Positions 36,603 to 46,167 of a stretch of DNA of 64,000 bases are shown piece by piece. How positions within the stretch are numbered: the stretch's first letter is position 1; each line of letters starts with the position of its first letter. The notes beneath the pieces were generated by a model. The model did no database searches. It was not told the origin of the DNA and was given only the letters and a program-made list of their open reading frames with translations. The stretch lies in contig CAYNYL010000006.1 in NCBI GenBank assembly GCA_964401485.1, positions 4,208-68,207 of the forward strand, in the 5' to 3' direction. Both the position numbers and the translations under genes were made by a program. The stretch comes from an uncultured Gammaproteobacteria bacterium. Its GTDB lineage: Bacteria; Patescibacteriota; Patescibacteriia; UBA9934.

Positions 36603-37425
36603 GAAGCGACGCCATCTCGATTTGATCAACAATCGCCGTCGCCCGTTTCTCCCATGTTGAGCGGATTTCGACTTCAACGCGTGCCTCGTGACCAAGAATC
36701 ATCCATTCTTCAATCGTCGTCGGTTCATCTTTTGGTGCGAGGCTTCCCGTGTACACCGTTCCATAACTCATCGTCTCCTCGCGCATGTCGCTCGTCGTCA
36801 CAACGCCGAGTGCGCCGCTAAAGAGCGCGTAAAGGGTGCTTGCGTCACGTGCCTCGGGAACATGGATCGTTCCTTTCATGTGAAGCGCCTCCCCGCCAAA
36901 AATCGCAACTGGGTAACGGCCAAGAAATCGTCGAACCGCTTGCTTCACTTCCTGTTGTTCAAGGGAGCGAGCGTCAATAAGCATGTACCCCTTTGCATCA
37001 AGTCCATAAACCGAAAGAAGTGTCGGACTAATGATTCCCCGCTTTTTCTCAATCCCATCAACAATTTGCACAACAGTTGTCGCAAAAACCGCGCTGATCG
37101 ATTTGGCCGGGGTACGTTCCGCGATAACGATCGTTGTGCGTGGAGCGAGAACGCGTGCAAACGCAACGTCAATAACAGCGGGCGAAACGAAGAAAATGTG
37201 GGTTGGGCGAGTCCAAAGAAGCTCAACAATCAACCCAAACTGACGCAAACCAGGAAGCTTAGAAAACGTTCCGATATCGACAAAGTCGCGTCGTGATTCA
37301 TTCATTTTTTGAAAGAATAGAGCCCGAACCGTGTGCTTCTTTGCCCCAAAAATCGAACCAATGCCGAAAATCCAAGCAATTTCGCTTGTTTTTTGTTTCG
37401 GAGAGTCGATGATCATTAAACGCAT
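36574..37425 (-). CDS. Divergent, probably inactive GT4-like protein
   Basis: Remnant GT-B motifs (GLDAKGYML, ETMSYG, LGHEAR..V...TWEKRA) in a shortened protein. Confidence 0.5.
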   Translation of the reverse strand: MRLMIIDSPKQKTSEIAWIFGIGSIFGAKKHTVRALFFQKMNESRRDFVDIGTFSKLPGLRQFGLIVELLWTRPTHIFFVSPAVIDVAFARVLAPRTTIVIAERTPAKSISAVFATTVVQIVDGIEKKRGIISPTLLSVYGLDAKGYMLIDARSLEQQEVKQAVRRFLGRYPVAIFGGEALHMKGTIHVPEARDASTLYALFSGALGVVTTSDMREETMSYGTVYTGSLAPKDEPTTIEEWMILGHEARVEVEIRSTWEKRATAIVDQIEMASLLKHGVLAHE

Positions 37426-37460
37426 AAGGGGCAATTCTAGCAGATTTAAGCCATTTTGTC

Positions 37461-37500
37461 AAAAAGAAATAGGGCCCGAAGCATTTCTGCTTCGAGCCCT
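37461..37500 (-). terminator. Intrinsic terminator of the first repeat lipoprotein gene
   Basis: AGGGCTCGAAGCA-GAAA-TGCTTCGGGCCCT then ATTTCTTTTT on the minus strand. Confidence 0.8.
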
Positions 37501-37533
37501 CTTCACCCGCGTGTGTTCACGCGAGTGGACGAA

Positions 37534-40500
37534 TCACTGGCCGGTGTAGGCGACGCGCCAGAAGGTCGTTCCACCCTCCGTACGCCGCTCGATCCGACAC
37601 AGACTCGTGTCGTTGAGGTACGCCCCACCGAGATGCACCGTCGAGATGCCGAGCGAGCCCTGGAGCTCGATCGACCAGTCGCCGGTCGTGAAACTCGCTC
37701 CCCGCGTCGCCGAGTCGAAACTCGACGTCGAGAGAAGGTTCATTCCACGAACGTACCGAACCGTCGTCGGCGTCCCCACGCTCGAGAGCGTGTAGGAGGC
37801 GAGCGGACCGGTCGCGGTCACCGACAGGGTCGAACCGCTCACCGCACAGGTCAGGGCGATCTGACACTGGTAGGTCGTCTGGTTGGCACAGCTGTACGCC
37901 GTCCAAGCAGTCGTCCCACCCGTTCCGCCGGTTCCGCCCGACGTGCCGGTCTCATCGACCTGCCCGTCACAGTCGTCGTCGATGGTGTTGCCCGCAACTT
38001 CCGACGCTCCCGGATGAACCGAGGGCTTGAGGTCGTCGCAGTCGTTGCCATCGTCGTCGAAGGGCGCGTACTCGATCTCGCGCTCGGGCATCTCGTCACA
38101 GGCGAAGATCGACGGCCGACCGTCATCTCCGTACCCGTCCTCGTCGCGATCCTGCAACCATTCGATGGTCGCGGGATCCGAGGGGAGCGGACTCTCGTCG
38201 ACCTGCCCGTCGCAGTCGTCGTCGAGATCGTTGCACCGTTCCTGCGCTCCCGGGTTGCGGGAGGCGGTCGTCGGGGCGCAGTCGCCCGCGACGCTCGCGA
38301 AGCCGGACCGGATCGTACAGGCCTGGATCGTACTCGAGGCGACTCCGTACGAGTCGCTGTCCACGTCCGCGTAGAAGGTCGAGGCGCCGATCGCCCCGTC
38401 CTCGTCGATGACCGTGTCGCAGTCATCGTCGACACCGTTGCACCGCTCGCTCGCGCTCGGGCTGACCGCCGAGTTCGAGTCGTTGCAGTCGGTCGCCACC
38501 GCGTAGTAGCCGGTGGGCGCCGTGCACGCCTGCGTCGTCGTTGCGCTTCCCGCGAAGAGGTCGCGGTCGGCGTCGAGGTAGAAGGTCATCTTGACCCCCT
38601 CGTCGATTCCGCCGATGCAGTTGTTGTCGACCCCGTCGCAGACCTCGGTCGCGTTCGGGTTGATGAGCCGGGAGAGGTCATCGCAGTCGTTCGCGTTCGT
38701 CACGAGTCCGCTCGTGCGCGTGCAGGAAGCCTGCGTCTCGGTCATGCTCCCGAAGGAGTCGCCGTCCCGATCGACGTTGAACGTGGTCATGTCGACCGCG
38801 TTCTCGTCGACCGCACCACTGCAGTTGTCGTCGACACCGTTGCACCGCTCGGAAGCACCGGGCTTCACGGCGGGGTCGCTGTCGTTGCAGTCAGTCGAGC
38901 GGGCGGAGTAGCCCGTCGGGACCGTGCACGCGAGCGTCGTCGGCGAGGGCACCCCGTAGGTGTCGCCGTCCGCGTCGCGGTAGAACGTCGTTCCGCCGGT
39001 CGCCCCGGCCTCGTCGATCTGCGCGTCGCAGTCGTCGTCGTAGCCGTTGCAGGCCTCAACGCCGTTCGGGTTGACCGCGACCTTGGTGTCGTCGCAGTCG
39101 TCGTTGTTCGCCGTGTAGCCGGAAGGCGCGCTACACGCCTGCACGGTGTCACGTCCGCCGAAGGTGTCGGCGTCGGCGTCCTTGTAGTACGTGTACGTTG
39201 CGCCCTCATCGGTGGAACCATCGCAGTCGTCATCCTTCCCGTTGCACACCTCCGTGGCGCCGGGGAAGATGGAGCGGTTCCGATCGTCGCAGTCCTGGCT
39301 GTTCGCGACGAGTCCGACCGTGGCCGTACAGGCACGGATCGGCGCACCGAGGTCTCCGAAGAGATCCCGATCGGTGTCGGCGTAGAACGTGATCATGTCG
39401 ACCGCGTTCTCGTCGATCTCCGCGTCGCAGTCATCGCTCACCCCGTTGCACCGCTCTTGGGCGCCCGGGTTGATCGCGACGTTGCCGTCGTTGCAGTCGC
39501 CGGTGCGGGCGATGTACCCGACCGGCGCCGTGCAGGCGACCTGCGTGCGATTCGGATCACCGTACGTGTCGGTGTCCGCGTCGAGGTACCAGGTCGCTCC
39601 ACCGGTCGCGCCGGCCTCGTCGATCTGCGTGTCACAGTCGTTGTCGACCGCGTCGCAGACCTCGCTCGCACCAGGACGAATCGCGACATTCCCGTCGTTG
39701 CAGTCGCCAGCGAGGGCGACGTAGCCCGACGGGATCGCGCTCGGACACCCGGGAGTGGTCTGCGTCTGCAGCCCGTACCCGTCGCCGTCCGCGTCGCGGT
39801 AGTAGGCGACTTGGACATTCTCGTCGACCTGCCCGTCACAGTCCTGATCCGCGCCATCGCAGACCTCCGACCCTCCGGGCCGGATGTCACTACGCGTGTC
39901 GTTGCAGTCCGTGTTCGTCGTCGCGAATCCCGCGCTGATCGTACAGGCCCGAACCGTCTGCGTCGTTCCGAACCCGTCTCGGTCCGTGTCGACGAAGAAC
40001 GTCGTGCCGTTGACGGGGTCGTTGTTGACGAGCCCGTCGCAGTCGTTGTCGAACGTGTCGCAGACCTCGCTCGCGCCGGGATTGACCGACGCGACACCGT
40101 CGTTGCAGTCGAACGCCGAGCGCACCGCGACCCAACCGGTCGGCGGAGGCGCGCAGAACTGATGCGAGCCGACGGCGTTTCCCCACCCGTCCCGATCGGA
40201 ATCGGGGAAGTAGGTCGTCGTCCCTTCGGCGTCATCTTCGTTCGCGACCCCGTCGCAGTCATCGTCGTGCGTCGTCGAGCAGAGCTCTTCGGCGTCCGGG
40301 TTGACCGAGGCGAGGCCGTCGTTGCAGTCGCCACCCTCGGCCGTGTAGCCGGGAGGGGCGGTGCAGGCGAGCACCGTCGTCTGGGAATTCCCGAAGGTAT
40401 CCCCGTCCGAATCGGCGTAGAACGTCCGACTTCCGGTTGCTCCGGTCTCGTTGTTCGTGCCGTCGCAGTCGTTGTCGATCGTGTCACAGACCTCGGCGAC

Positions 40501-40992
40501 GCCCGGGTTGACCGAGGCGACGCTGTCGCAGGACTCGTAGCCCAGCTGATCGCCGTTCTCGACGTAGCCGGGTTGCGGACCGCACGCGCGTTCGACGATC
40601 GTCGCGTTCACCGCGTACCGATCGCCGTCCGCGTCGACGAGGAACTGGCACACCTCGTCGGGGCTCACTCCTTCGTCGACCTGCCCGTCGCAGTCGTTGT
40701 CGAATCCGTCGCTCCGCTCGAGCTCTCCGGGGTTGATCCCGGCGAGCCCACCCTCGACACCGTCGAGGGAACGTCCCCCGACATCCGCCATCACGTCGGC
40801 GCAATCGCCGTCGCGATCGATGTATCCCCGGGGGGCCGTGCTCGCGCACGTGGAAGTGTTGCTCCGGCCGAAGCCGTCGCTGTCCGCGTCCGCGAACCAC
40901 TCCCTTTCGCCGGCGGGGCAATCACCCCCGTCGACCTGAAGACAGCCTGACCCCGCGACCACCATGGTCGCGAGGAGCGCAAGGTAGCGCAT
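37534..40992 (-). CDS. Lipoprotein with 14 MopE-type (putative metal-binding) Cys/Asp repeats
   Basis: Lipobox-like signal ending AGSGC; 14 units of Y.D.D.D.(F/Y)G...C..P.G(Y/F)....DC.D.....PGA.E.C.G.D.DCDG..DE; GAGGTG upstream of ATG. Confidence 0.88.
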   Translation of the reverse strand: MRYLALLATMVVAGSGCLQVDGGDCPAGEREWFADADSDGFGRSNTSTCASTAPRGYIDRDGDCADVMADVGGRSLDGVEGGLAGINPGELERSDGFDNDCDGQVDEGVSPDEVCQFLVDADGDRYAVNATIVERACGPQPGYVENGDQLGYESCDSVASVNPGVAEVCDTIDNDCDGTNNETGATGSRTFYADSDGDTFGNSQTTVLACTAPPGYTAEGGDCNDGLASVNPDAEELCSTTHDDDCDGVANEDDAEGTTTYFPDSDRDGWGNAVGSHQFCAPPPTGWVAVRSAFDCNDGVASVNPGASEVCDTFDNDCDGLVNNDPVNGTTFFVDTDRDGFGTTQTVRACTISAGFATTNTDCNDTRSDIRPGGSEVCDGADQDCDGQVDENVQVAYYRDADGDGYGLQTQTTPGCPSAIPSGYVALAGDCNDGNVAIRPGASEVCDAVDNDCDTQIDEAGATGGATWYLDADTDTYGDPNRTQVACTAPVGYIARTGDCNDGNVAINPGAQERCNGVSDDCDAEIDENAVDMITFYADTDRDLFGDLGAPIRACTATVGLVANSQDCDDRNRSIFPGATEVCNGKDDDCDGSTDEGATYTYYKDADADTFGGRDTVQACSAPSGYTANNDDCDDTKVAVNPNGVEACNGYDDDCDAQIDEAGATGGTTFYRDADGDTYGVPSPTTLACTVPTGYSARSTDCNDSDPAVKPGASERCNGVDDNCSGAVDENAVDMTTFNVDRDGDSFGSMTETQASCTRTSGLVTNANDCDDLSRLINPNATEVCDGVDNNCIGGIDEGVKMTFYLDADRDLFAGSATTTQACTAPTGYYAVATDCNDSNSAVSPSASERCNGVDDDCDTVIDEDGAIGASTFYADVDSDSYGVASSTIQACTIRSGFASVAGDCAPTTASRNPGAQERCNDLDDDCDGQVDESPLPSDPATIEWLQDRDEDGYGDDGRPSIFACDEMPEREIEYAPFDDDGNDCDDLKPSVHPGASEVAGNTIDDDCDGQVDETGTSGGTGGTGGTTAWTAYSCANQTTYQCQIALTCAVSGSTLSVTATGPLASYTLSSVGTPTTVRYVRGMNLLSTSSFDSATRGASFTTGDWSIELQGSLGISTVHLGGAYLNDTSLCRIERRTEGGTTFWRVAYTGQ

Positions 40993-41141
40993 GGTTCACC
41001 TCGTTGTGAATGACCAAACTTCAAGAATCGGGATTATTCCCGATCTTGCGCAAGGCGACAATTCCCTACGTAAGACAAGGAAAAATGAAGGAGCTTTTTA
41101 TCATAAAATCTAAAAAACGTCAACCGTTAGCGGAGAAAGAA

Positions 41142-41177
41142 GAAACCCCACCCCCGAGCGTTCTCGGAAGTGGGGTC
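41142..41177 (-). terminator. Probable terminator of the second repeat lipoprotein gene
   Basis: ACCCCACTTCCGAG-AACG-CTCGGGGGTGGGGT then TTCTTCTTT on the minus strand. Confidence 0.7.
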
Positions 41178-41181
41178 AGTT

Positions 41182-43791
41182 TCAGGGGACAGAGAGGTAG
41201 AGCTCGCCCACCTGTGGGTTCGCGAGGTCAAGGACACACGCCTCGTTTTCAACCGGGTCGAGCGCGATTCCATCGCGCAAAACACGGGCAAAACGGACTT
41301 GGCCCCCGTCGTAGGGCTTTGAGGCAACGGTAAACTGGAACGGACCATTGAGCGGATTGCGCGAGATGACGTGGACCGCCGTCTCGCCAAGCCAAGGCGT
41401 TCCGTTCACCGTCCCCCCGCTCGCGCGAAGCTCGCCAACCTCGAGCGTTGCCCCGCTCGTTGGATGGACGAGCGCCGGCGTGAGCCAGGGCCTGACCACC
41501 CCCCGTGCATAGACGCGGAGCGGAAACACCGGATCATCGACAAGCTCGCACCAAACGACGAGGCATCCCGCATCCGTGTCGAGCGCGTCAACCAAGGTGT
41601 CGCAATCGTTGTCCGCGCTATCGTTGCAGACTTCGACTGCGCCCGGGTAAACGCTCGGATCATCGTCGTCACAGTCCCCCGTCTCAAGTGCATAGTCGCC
41701 GGAGGCCGGCTCAACGCACCGAGTAACCGAGGCCGCTCCGCCGACACCGTCGACATCGTGGTCCGCGTACCACCGCGTCGCGCCCGTGACGCTGTCCGCG
41801 TCATCGACGAGCAAATCGCAATCGTTATCGACCCCGTCGCAGATCTCGTCTGCTCCCGGGCGAATCGCTGCGACCGTGTCGTTGCAATCCCCCGCGCGTT
41901 GCACGTATCCCGGCGGGACCGTACAGCTCGCAAGTGACTGCGTAGACGTTCCCCAGGTATCGGCGTCCTGATCTCGGTACCAAGTTACCGACTGCGCGCC
42001 CTCGTCGATCGAGGAATCGCAATCGTTATCAAGTCCGTCACAGAGTTCCGGGGCGCCGGGGTACCGCGTCGACCGCGTGTCGTCGCAATCCCCGGCTCGC
42101 GAGGCGAAGCCAGGCGGAATCGTACAGGCGCTCATGGCCGTACCAACTCCGTAGGTATCGCGATCAACGTCCGTGTAGTAGGCGACGAGAAGGCCTTCGT
42201 CGATCTGCGTGTCGCAGTCGTCGTCGAACCCGTTGCACGTCTCTACCGCTCCGGGATAGATCGACGCGACCGCGTCGTTACAGTCCCCACCAACCGACAC
42301 GTACCCGCTCGGACGAGAACAGGCGAGACGCGTTGTACTTCCGCCAAACGCATCCCCGTCCCCATCGACATACCACGTCGTGCGCCCACTCGGCGCCGTG
42401 TCGAAGTCGTCAACGAGCGTGTCGCAGTCGTCGTCGAACCCGTTGCACCGCTCTTCGGCGCTCGGGTTGACGCTCGCGAGGCCGTCGTCACAGTCTCCCG
42501 CAACCGCGGTGTAACCCGTCGGGCGAAAGCAGGCCCGCGTCGTCACCCCTGTGTTTCCGTACTGATCGGCGTCCGAGTCCGCGTACCAAAGGAGCGGATC
42601 CGTCGCGTCCGTTTCCCCGCCCTGGCAGTTATTGTCCGTGCCATTGCAGGTTTCCAGCGCTCCAGGATACACATCCGGCCGACCGTCGTGACAGTCTCCA
42701 GCCGTTTCGACATATCCGCTTGGTTGATCGCAGGTGGCAACGCTCGCGGAAGGATCTCCCGCACCGTCACCGTCGTTATCACGATAGTAGGTCGTACGAC
42801 CAATCGCGTCCGACTCATCGCCGGAGCAATTGTTGTCGACCCCATCGCAGTAATCGAATTCCTGCGGATTCACCTGGAACGAATCGTCGTTACAGTCTGA
42901 GCCATCAAGAACATGGCCCGGAACGCTCGTACAGCCGATCACCGGATCCGCATCACCATCGCCGTATCCGTCCCCATCGAGATCCGGATAGTAGCGATTG
43001 AAGCCGAGCGTGTCTTCGTCATCGGCATCGACCGCAAGATCGCAGTCGTTGTCGACCCCATCACACACCTCGAGCGCACCGGGGAACACGTCGTCGTTTG
43101 AGTCGTCACAGTCATTGCTGTTCTCCGCGAGCACTCCCTGCTCGCAAGAGAGCACGACCTCTAACGAACCGAAACCGTCGCCGTCGAGATCCTCGAAGTA
43201 CGTACGGAGGTCACTCGCGTCGAGGTCGGTCACCTCGTCGCAGTCGTTATCGATCCCGTCACACACCTCGAGCGCCCCAGGCGAAACGAGTCCATTCGTG
43301 TCGTCGCAGTCTCCCGCATCCGGCACGAACCACCGATACGCCACCTCCCGAGCCTCGCCGTCGCACGAACGAAGCGTTTGTGCGCCCCCTCCGTAGCCGT
43401 CGAGATCATCGTCGCGGTAGACCATGAATGCGCCGTCGTTTCCGTTCGGCTCGTCCACGCCATCCACGCAGTTGTTATCGATCCCGTCACAGAACTCCAA
43501 GGCTCGCGGGAAGACGGCGCCATTCTCGTCGTCGCAATCACCGGTCTTCACCGCATGGGTGTCCGAGTGGTCGCAGTGCGACGTGAACGAGATCGTGGGC
43601 TCCATGCCACCAAATCCGTCCCTATCGCGATCGACGTAGTAGGTCGTCTCCTCGTAGCTCCAGGTGCGCGAACCGCATTCCTCAACGAGTGATGCGATCC
43701 GTGCCTCCTGCTCTTCCTCGATCCTCTCAAGGCGAAGTCGACACCCACCAAGGGCGAGAACTAAGCCCAAAACAACGAAAAGCCGTTGCAT
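41182..43791 (-). CDS. Lipoprotein with 10 MopE-type Cys/Asp repeats
   Basis: Lipobox LGGC; 10 repeat units and an unrelated C-terminal domain. Confidence 0.88.
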   Translation of the reverse strand: MQRLFVVLGLVLALGGCRLRLERIEEEQEARIASLVEECGSRTWSYEETTYYVDRDRDGFGGMEPTISFTSHCDHSDTHAVKTGDCDDENGAVFPRALEFCDGIDNNCVDGVDEPNGNDGAFMVYRDDDLDGYGGGAQTLRSCDGEAREVAYRWFVPDAGDCDDTNGLVSPGALEVCDGIDNDCDEVTDLDASDLRTYFEDLDGDGFGSLEVVLSCEQGVLAENSNDCDDSNDDVFPGALEVCDGVDNDCDLAVDADDEDTLGFNRYYPDLDGDGYGDGDADPVIGCTSVPGHVLDGSDCNDDSFQVNPQEFDYCDGVDNNCSGDESDAIGRTTYYRDNDGDGAGDPSASVATCDQPSGYVETAGDCHDGRPDVYPGALETCNGTDNNCQGGETDATDPLLWYADSDADQYGNTGVTTRACFRPTGYTAVAGDCDDGLASVNPSAEERCNGFDDDCDTLVDDFDTAPSGRTTWYVDGDGDAFGGSTTRLACSRPSGYVSVGGDCNDAVASIYPGAVETCNGFDDDCDTQIDEGLLVAYYTDVDRDTYGVGTAMSACTIPPGFASRAGDCDDTRSTRYPGAPELCDGLDNDCDSSIDEGAQSVTWYRDQDADTWGTSTQSLASCTVPPGYVQRAGDCNDTVAAIRPGADEICDGVDNDCDLLVDDADSVTGATRWYADHDVDGVGGAASVTRCVEPASGDYALETGDCDDDDPSVYPGAVEVCNDSADNDCDTLVDALDTDAGCLVVWCELVDDPVFPLRVYARGVVRPWLTPALVHPTSGATLEVGELRASGGTVNGTPWLGETAVHVISRNPLNGPFQFTVASKPYDGGQVRFARVLRDGIALDPVENEACVLDLANPQVGELYLSVP

Positions 43792-43863
43792 TAGCCCCCC
43801 AATCATGTCCTTAACGGACAGGTAATCGTATCGGAAAACTGGGTTTTTGTAAAGAAAAAGCTG

Positions 43864-43892
43864 TTGACAGGGAAAAAGACCCGTGCTACTCT
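43864..43892 (+). promoter_or_regulatory. Sigma70 promoter of rpmE (near-leaderless)
   Basis: TTGACA-N17-TACTCT with extended TG; ATG nine nt downstream. Confidence 0.75.
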
Positions 43893-43901
43893 CTTTGCAT
43901 T

Positions 43902-44192
43902 ATGAAAGCGGACATCCACCCAACTTATCACGAAGCCGTAACGGCAACATGTGCCTGCGGAGCGACCTACGCAATCGGTTCGACCCACGATTCAATCTTT
44001 GTCGAACTTTGTAAGGCTTGCCACCCGTTCTACACAGGAAAGCAAAAGATTCTCGATACGGCGCGTCGCGTAGAGAAGTTCCAATCAAAGGCGACGAAGA
44101 AATCGACCGCCACTCTTGGACACAAAGCAAAACTCGAAAAGAGCGCTGCGCGTGCAAAGAAGCGTGAAGAAAAGAAAGCAAAAGGAGCGTAA
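43902..44192 (+). CDS. rpmE: 50S ribosomal protein bL31 (zinc-binding type)
   Basis: [26 protein letters not shown]. Confidence 0.97.
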   Translation: MKADIHPTYHEAVTATCACGATYAIGSTHDSIFVELCKACHPFYTGKQKILDTARRVEKFQSKATKKSTATLGHKAKLEKSAARAKKREEKKAKGA

Positions 44193-44242
44193 CAACGCCC
44201 CCGATCAAGCAACACCCGAAAAACGGGTGTTGTTTTTATCCT

Positions 44243-45298
44243 ATGCAACTCCTCGAACAACTTGAAAAACAACAAATCGCTCTTAAAGCGACCGAAGCGA
44301 GACTTTCAGATCCCGCCGTGCTTCAAAATCAAAAAATGCTAAAGGACGTTACACGAGAATACCAGCGTCTAAACGACATCGTTGCAAAAGGTGAAGCGCT
44401 AAGAAAGGCGGTTGCAAACCTCGAAAGCGCCAAGGCATCGCTTAATGACACCGATCCAGATATTCGTGCCCTCGCCGAAGAAGAAATCCTCTCTCTTGAA
44501 GAAGCGATCCCCTCGCTCGAACTAACGTTTAAGCGAGCGCTCATTCCGGAAGATCCTCTCGACGCCCACGACGCAATTATCGAAATCCGAGCCGGAGCAG
44601 GTGGAGACGAAGCCTCCCTCTTTGCCGGCGACCTTTACCGCATGTACTCACATTTCGCCGAAAATCACGGGCTTCGTGTTGAAATTTCCTCACAAAGTCT
44701 TAACGACGTTGGCTTTAAAGAACTCGTGTTTGAAATCATCGGAACTGGTGCCTACGGAAAAATGAAATACGAATCAGGTGTTCACCGAGTTCAACGTGTT
44801 CCTGAAACGGAAAAACAAGGCCGAATCCACACCTCAACCGTCACAGTTGCCGTATTCCCGAAAATCGAGGAACAAGAGTTCGAGCTCAACATGAACGACT
44901 TAACAATCGAAGCGACAACCTCACAGGGTGCGGGAGGACAAAGCGTTAACACGACCTATTCGGCAATCCGCATCGTCCACAAGCCAACAGGAATTGTTGC
45001 CTATTGCCAAGACGAACGTTCGCAACGACAAAACAAAGAAAAGGCACTGAACGTAATTCGGGCGCGTGTTTTTGCCCATGAACAAGAACAAAAGCGACAA
45101 GCGATGGAAGCCGAGCGTCGAGACCAAATCGGCTCCGGCGACCGAAGTGAAAAAATCCGAACCTACAATGGCCCACAAGATCGCGTCACCGACCACCGAA
45201 TCAAACAAAGCTGGCACAACCTCCCTGGAATTCTCGCTGGCAACCTCGACGAGATCGTCGACGCATTAAAACGCGCCGAAGAAGAACTCTCGCTATGA
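44243..45298 (+). CDS. prfA: Peptide chain release factor 1
   Basis: [12 protein letters not shown] (PxT), [12 protein letters not shown]. Confidence 0.97.
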   Translation: MQLLEQLEKQQIALKATEARLSDPAVLQNQKMLKDVTREYQRLNDIVAKGEALRKAVANLESAKASLNDTDPDIRALAEEEILSLEEAIPSLELTFKRALIPEDPLDAHDAIIEIRAGAGGDEASLFAGDLYRMYSHFAENHGLRVEISSQSLNDVGFKELVFEIIGTGAYGKMKYESGVHRVQRVPETEKQGRIHTSTVTVAVFPKIEEQEFELNMNDLTIEATTSQGAGGQSVNTTYSAIRIVHKPTGIVAYCQDERSQRQNKEKALNVIRARVFAHEQEQKRQAMEAERRDQIGSGDRSEKIRTYNGPQDRVTDHRIKQSWHNLPGILAGNLDEIVDALKRAEEELSL

Positions 45299-46167
45299 CA
45301 ATCCTTGAAGCGCTCACATTTGGCGAACAACGACTTAAGTCGCGCTTCAAAGCGACCGAGCTAGGCTCCCCACGAATCGACGCACAAGTACTCCTCGCAA
45401 GCGTGCGAGGCAAGGGTTCAAGCTATCTCTTCTCGCACATGGAAGAAGAGCTCCCACTCGACACCGAACGACGCTATCGTAAAGCGATTGATCGTCGAGC
45501 AACCTTCGAGCCCGTCGCCTATATCGTCGGCCACAAAGCATTTTATGGACGCGATTTTTTTGTCACAAAAGACACCTTGATTCCACGCCCAGAAACGGAA
45601 CTTCTTGTTGACGAAGCAATCAAGGCCATCGATACCCGCCCACTCATCCTTGATATCGGAACAGGCTCAGGAGCCATTGCAATCACCCTGGCTCTCGAAA
45701 CACGCCGACCGATTCTTGCCTTCGATCTCTCAAAAGAAGCGCTCGCCGTCGCAAAAAAGAACGCATCGGCGCTTTCGGCCGATGGCCTCGTCCATTTCGA
45801 ACAAGGAAACCTTCTTTCTCCACTTACAAAAGACCGAGTCCCCTACTCCGACTTCTCGTCGCTTATTATTTGCGCAAATCTTCCCTATCTCCCAGCTAGC
45901 ACGATTCCATCCCTTGATCCGGACGTTCGTCTCTTTGAGCCGACACTCGCGCTCGATGGAGGCATTGATGGACTCGATCTCTATCACGCGCTCCTTGATG
46001 AACTAAAAGCCCACGCCAATCTTCTCCCTAAAAAACAAACGATTCTTTGTGAAATCGACCCTTCGCAACCCGCACTTATCTCCGCTCTCGCGACAACTTA
46101 CGGATACACGGTAAAAATAGAAAACGATCTTAGTTCGAAACCCCGTCTTGCGATTCTATCGAAATAG
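45295..46167 (+). CDS. prmC: Release factor glutamine methyltransferase
   Basis: [20 protein letters not shown]; follows prfA. Confidence 0.95.
   Translation: MTILEALTFGEQRLKSRFKATELGSPRIDAQVLLASVRGKGSSYLFSHMEEELPLDTERRYRKAIDRRATFEPVAYIVGHKAFYGRDFFVTKDTLIPRPETELLVDEAIKAIDTRPLILDIGTGSGAIAITLALETRRPILAFDLSKEALAVAKKNASALSADGLVHFEQGNLLSPLTKDRVPYSDFSSLIICANLPYLPASTIPSLDPDVRLFEPTLALDGGIDGLDLYHALLDELKAHANLLPKKQTILCEIDPSQPALISALATTYGYTVKIENDLSSKPRLAILSK

Noticed and set aside
37456-40950. 1164-aa ORF on the + strand
   Set aside because: Antisense shadow of the GC-rich repeat lipoprotein; V/R/A-rich mirror periodicity, no motif of its own.
37534-43791. Periodic DNA repeats as a CRISPR array or DGR template/variable pair
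   Set aside because: Repeats are degenerate, in frame and protein-coding; no constant repeat-spacer structure, cas gene or reverse transcriptase in the window.
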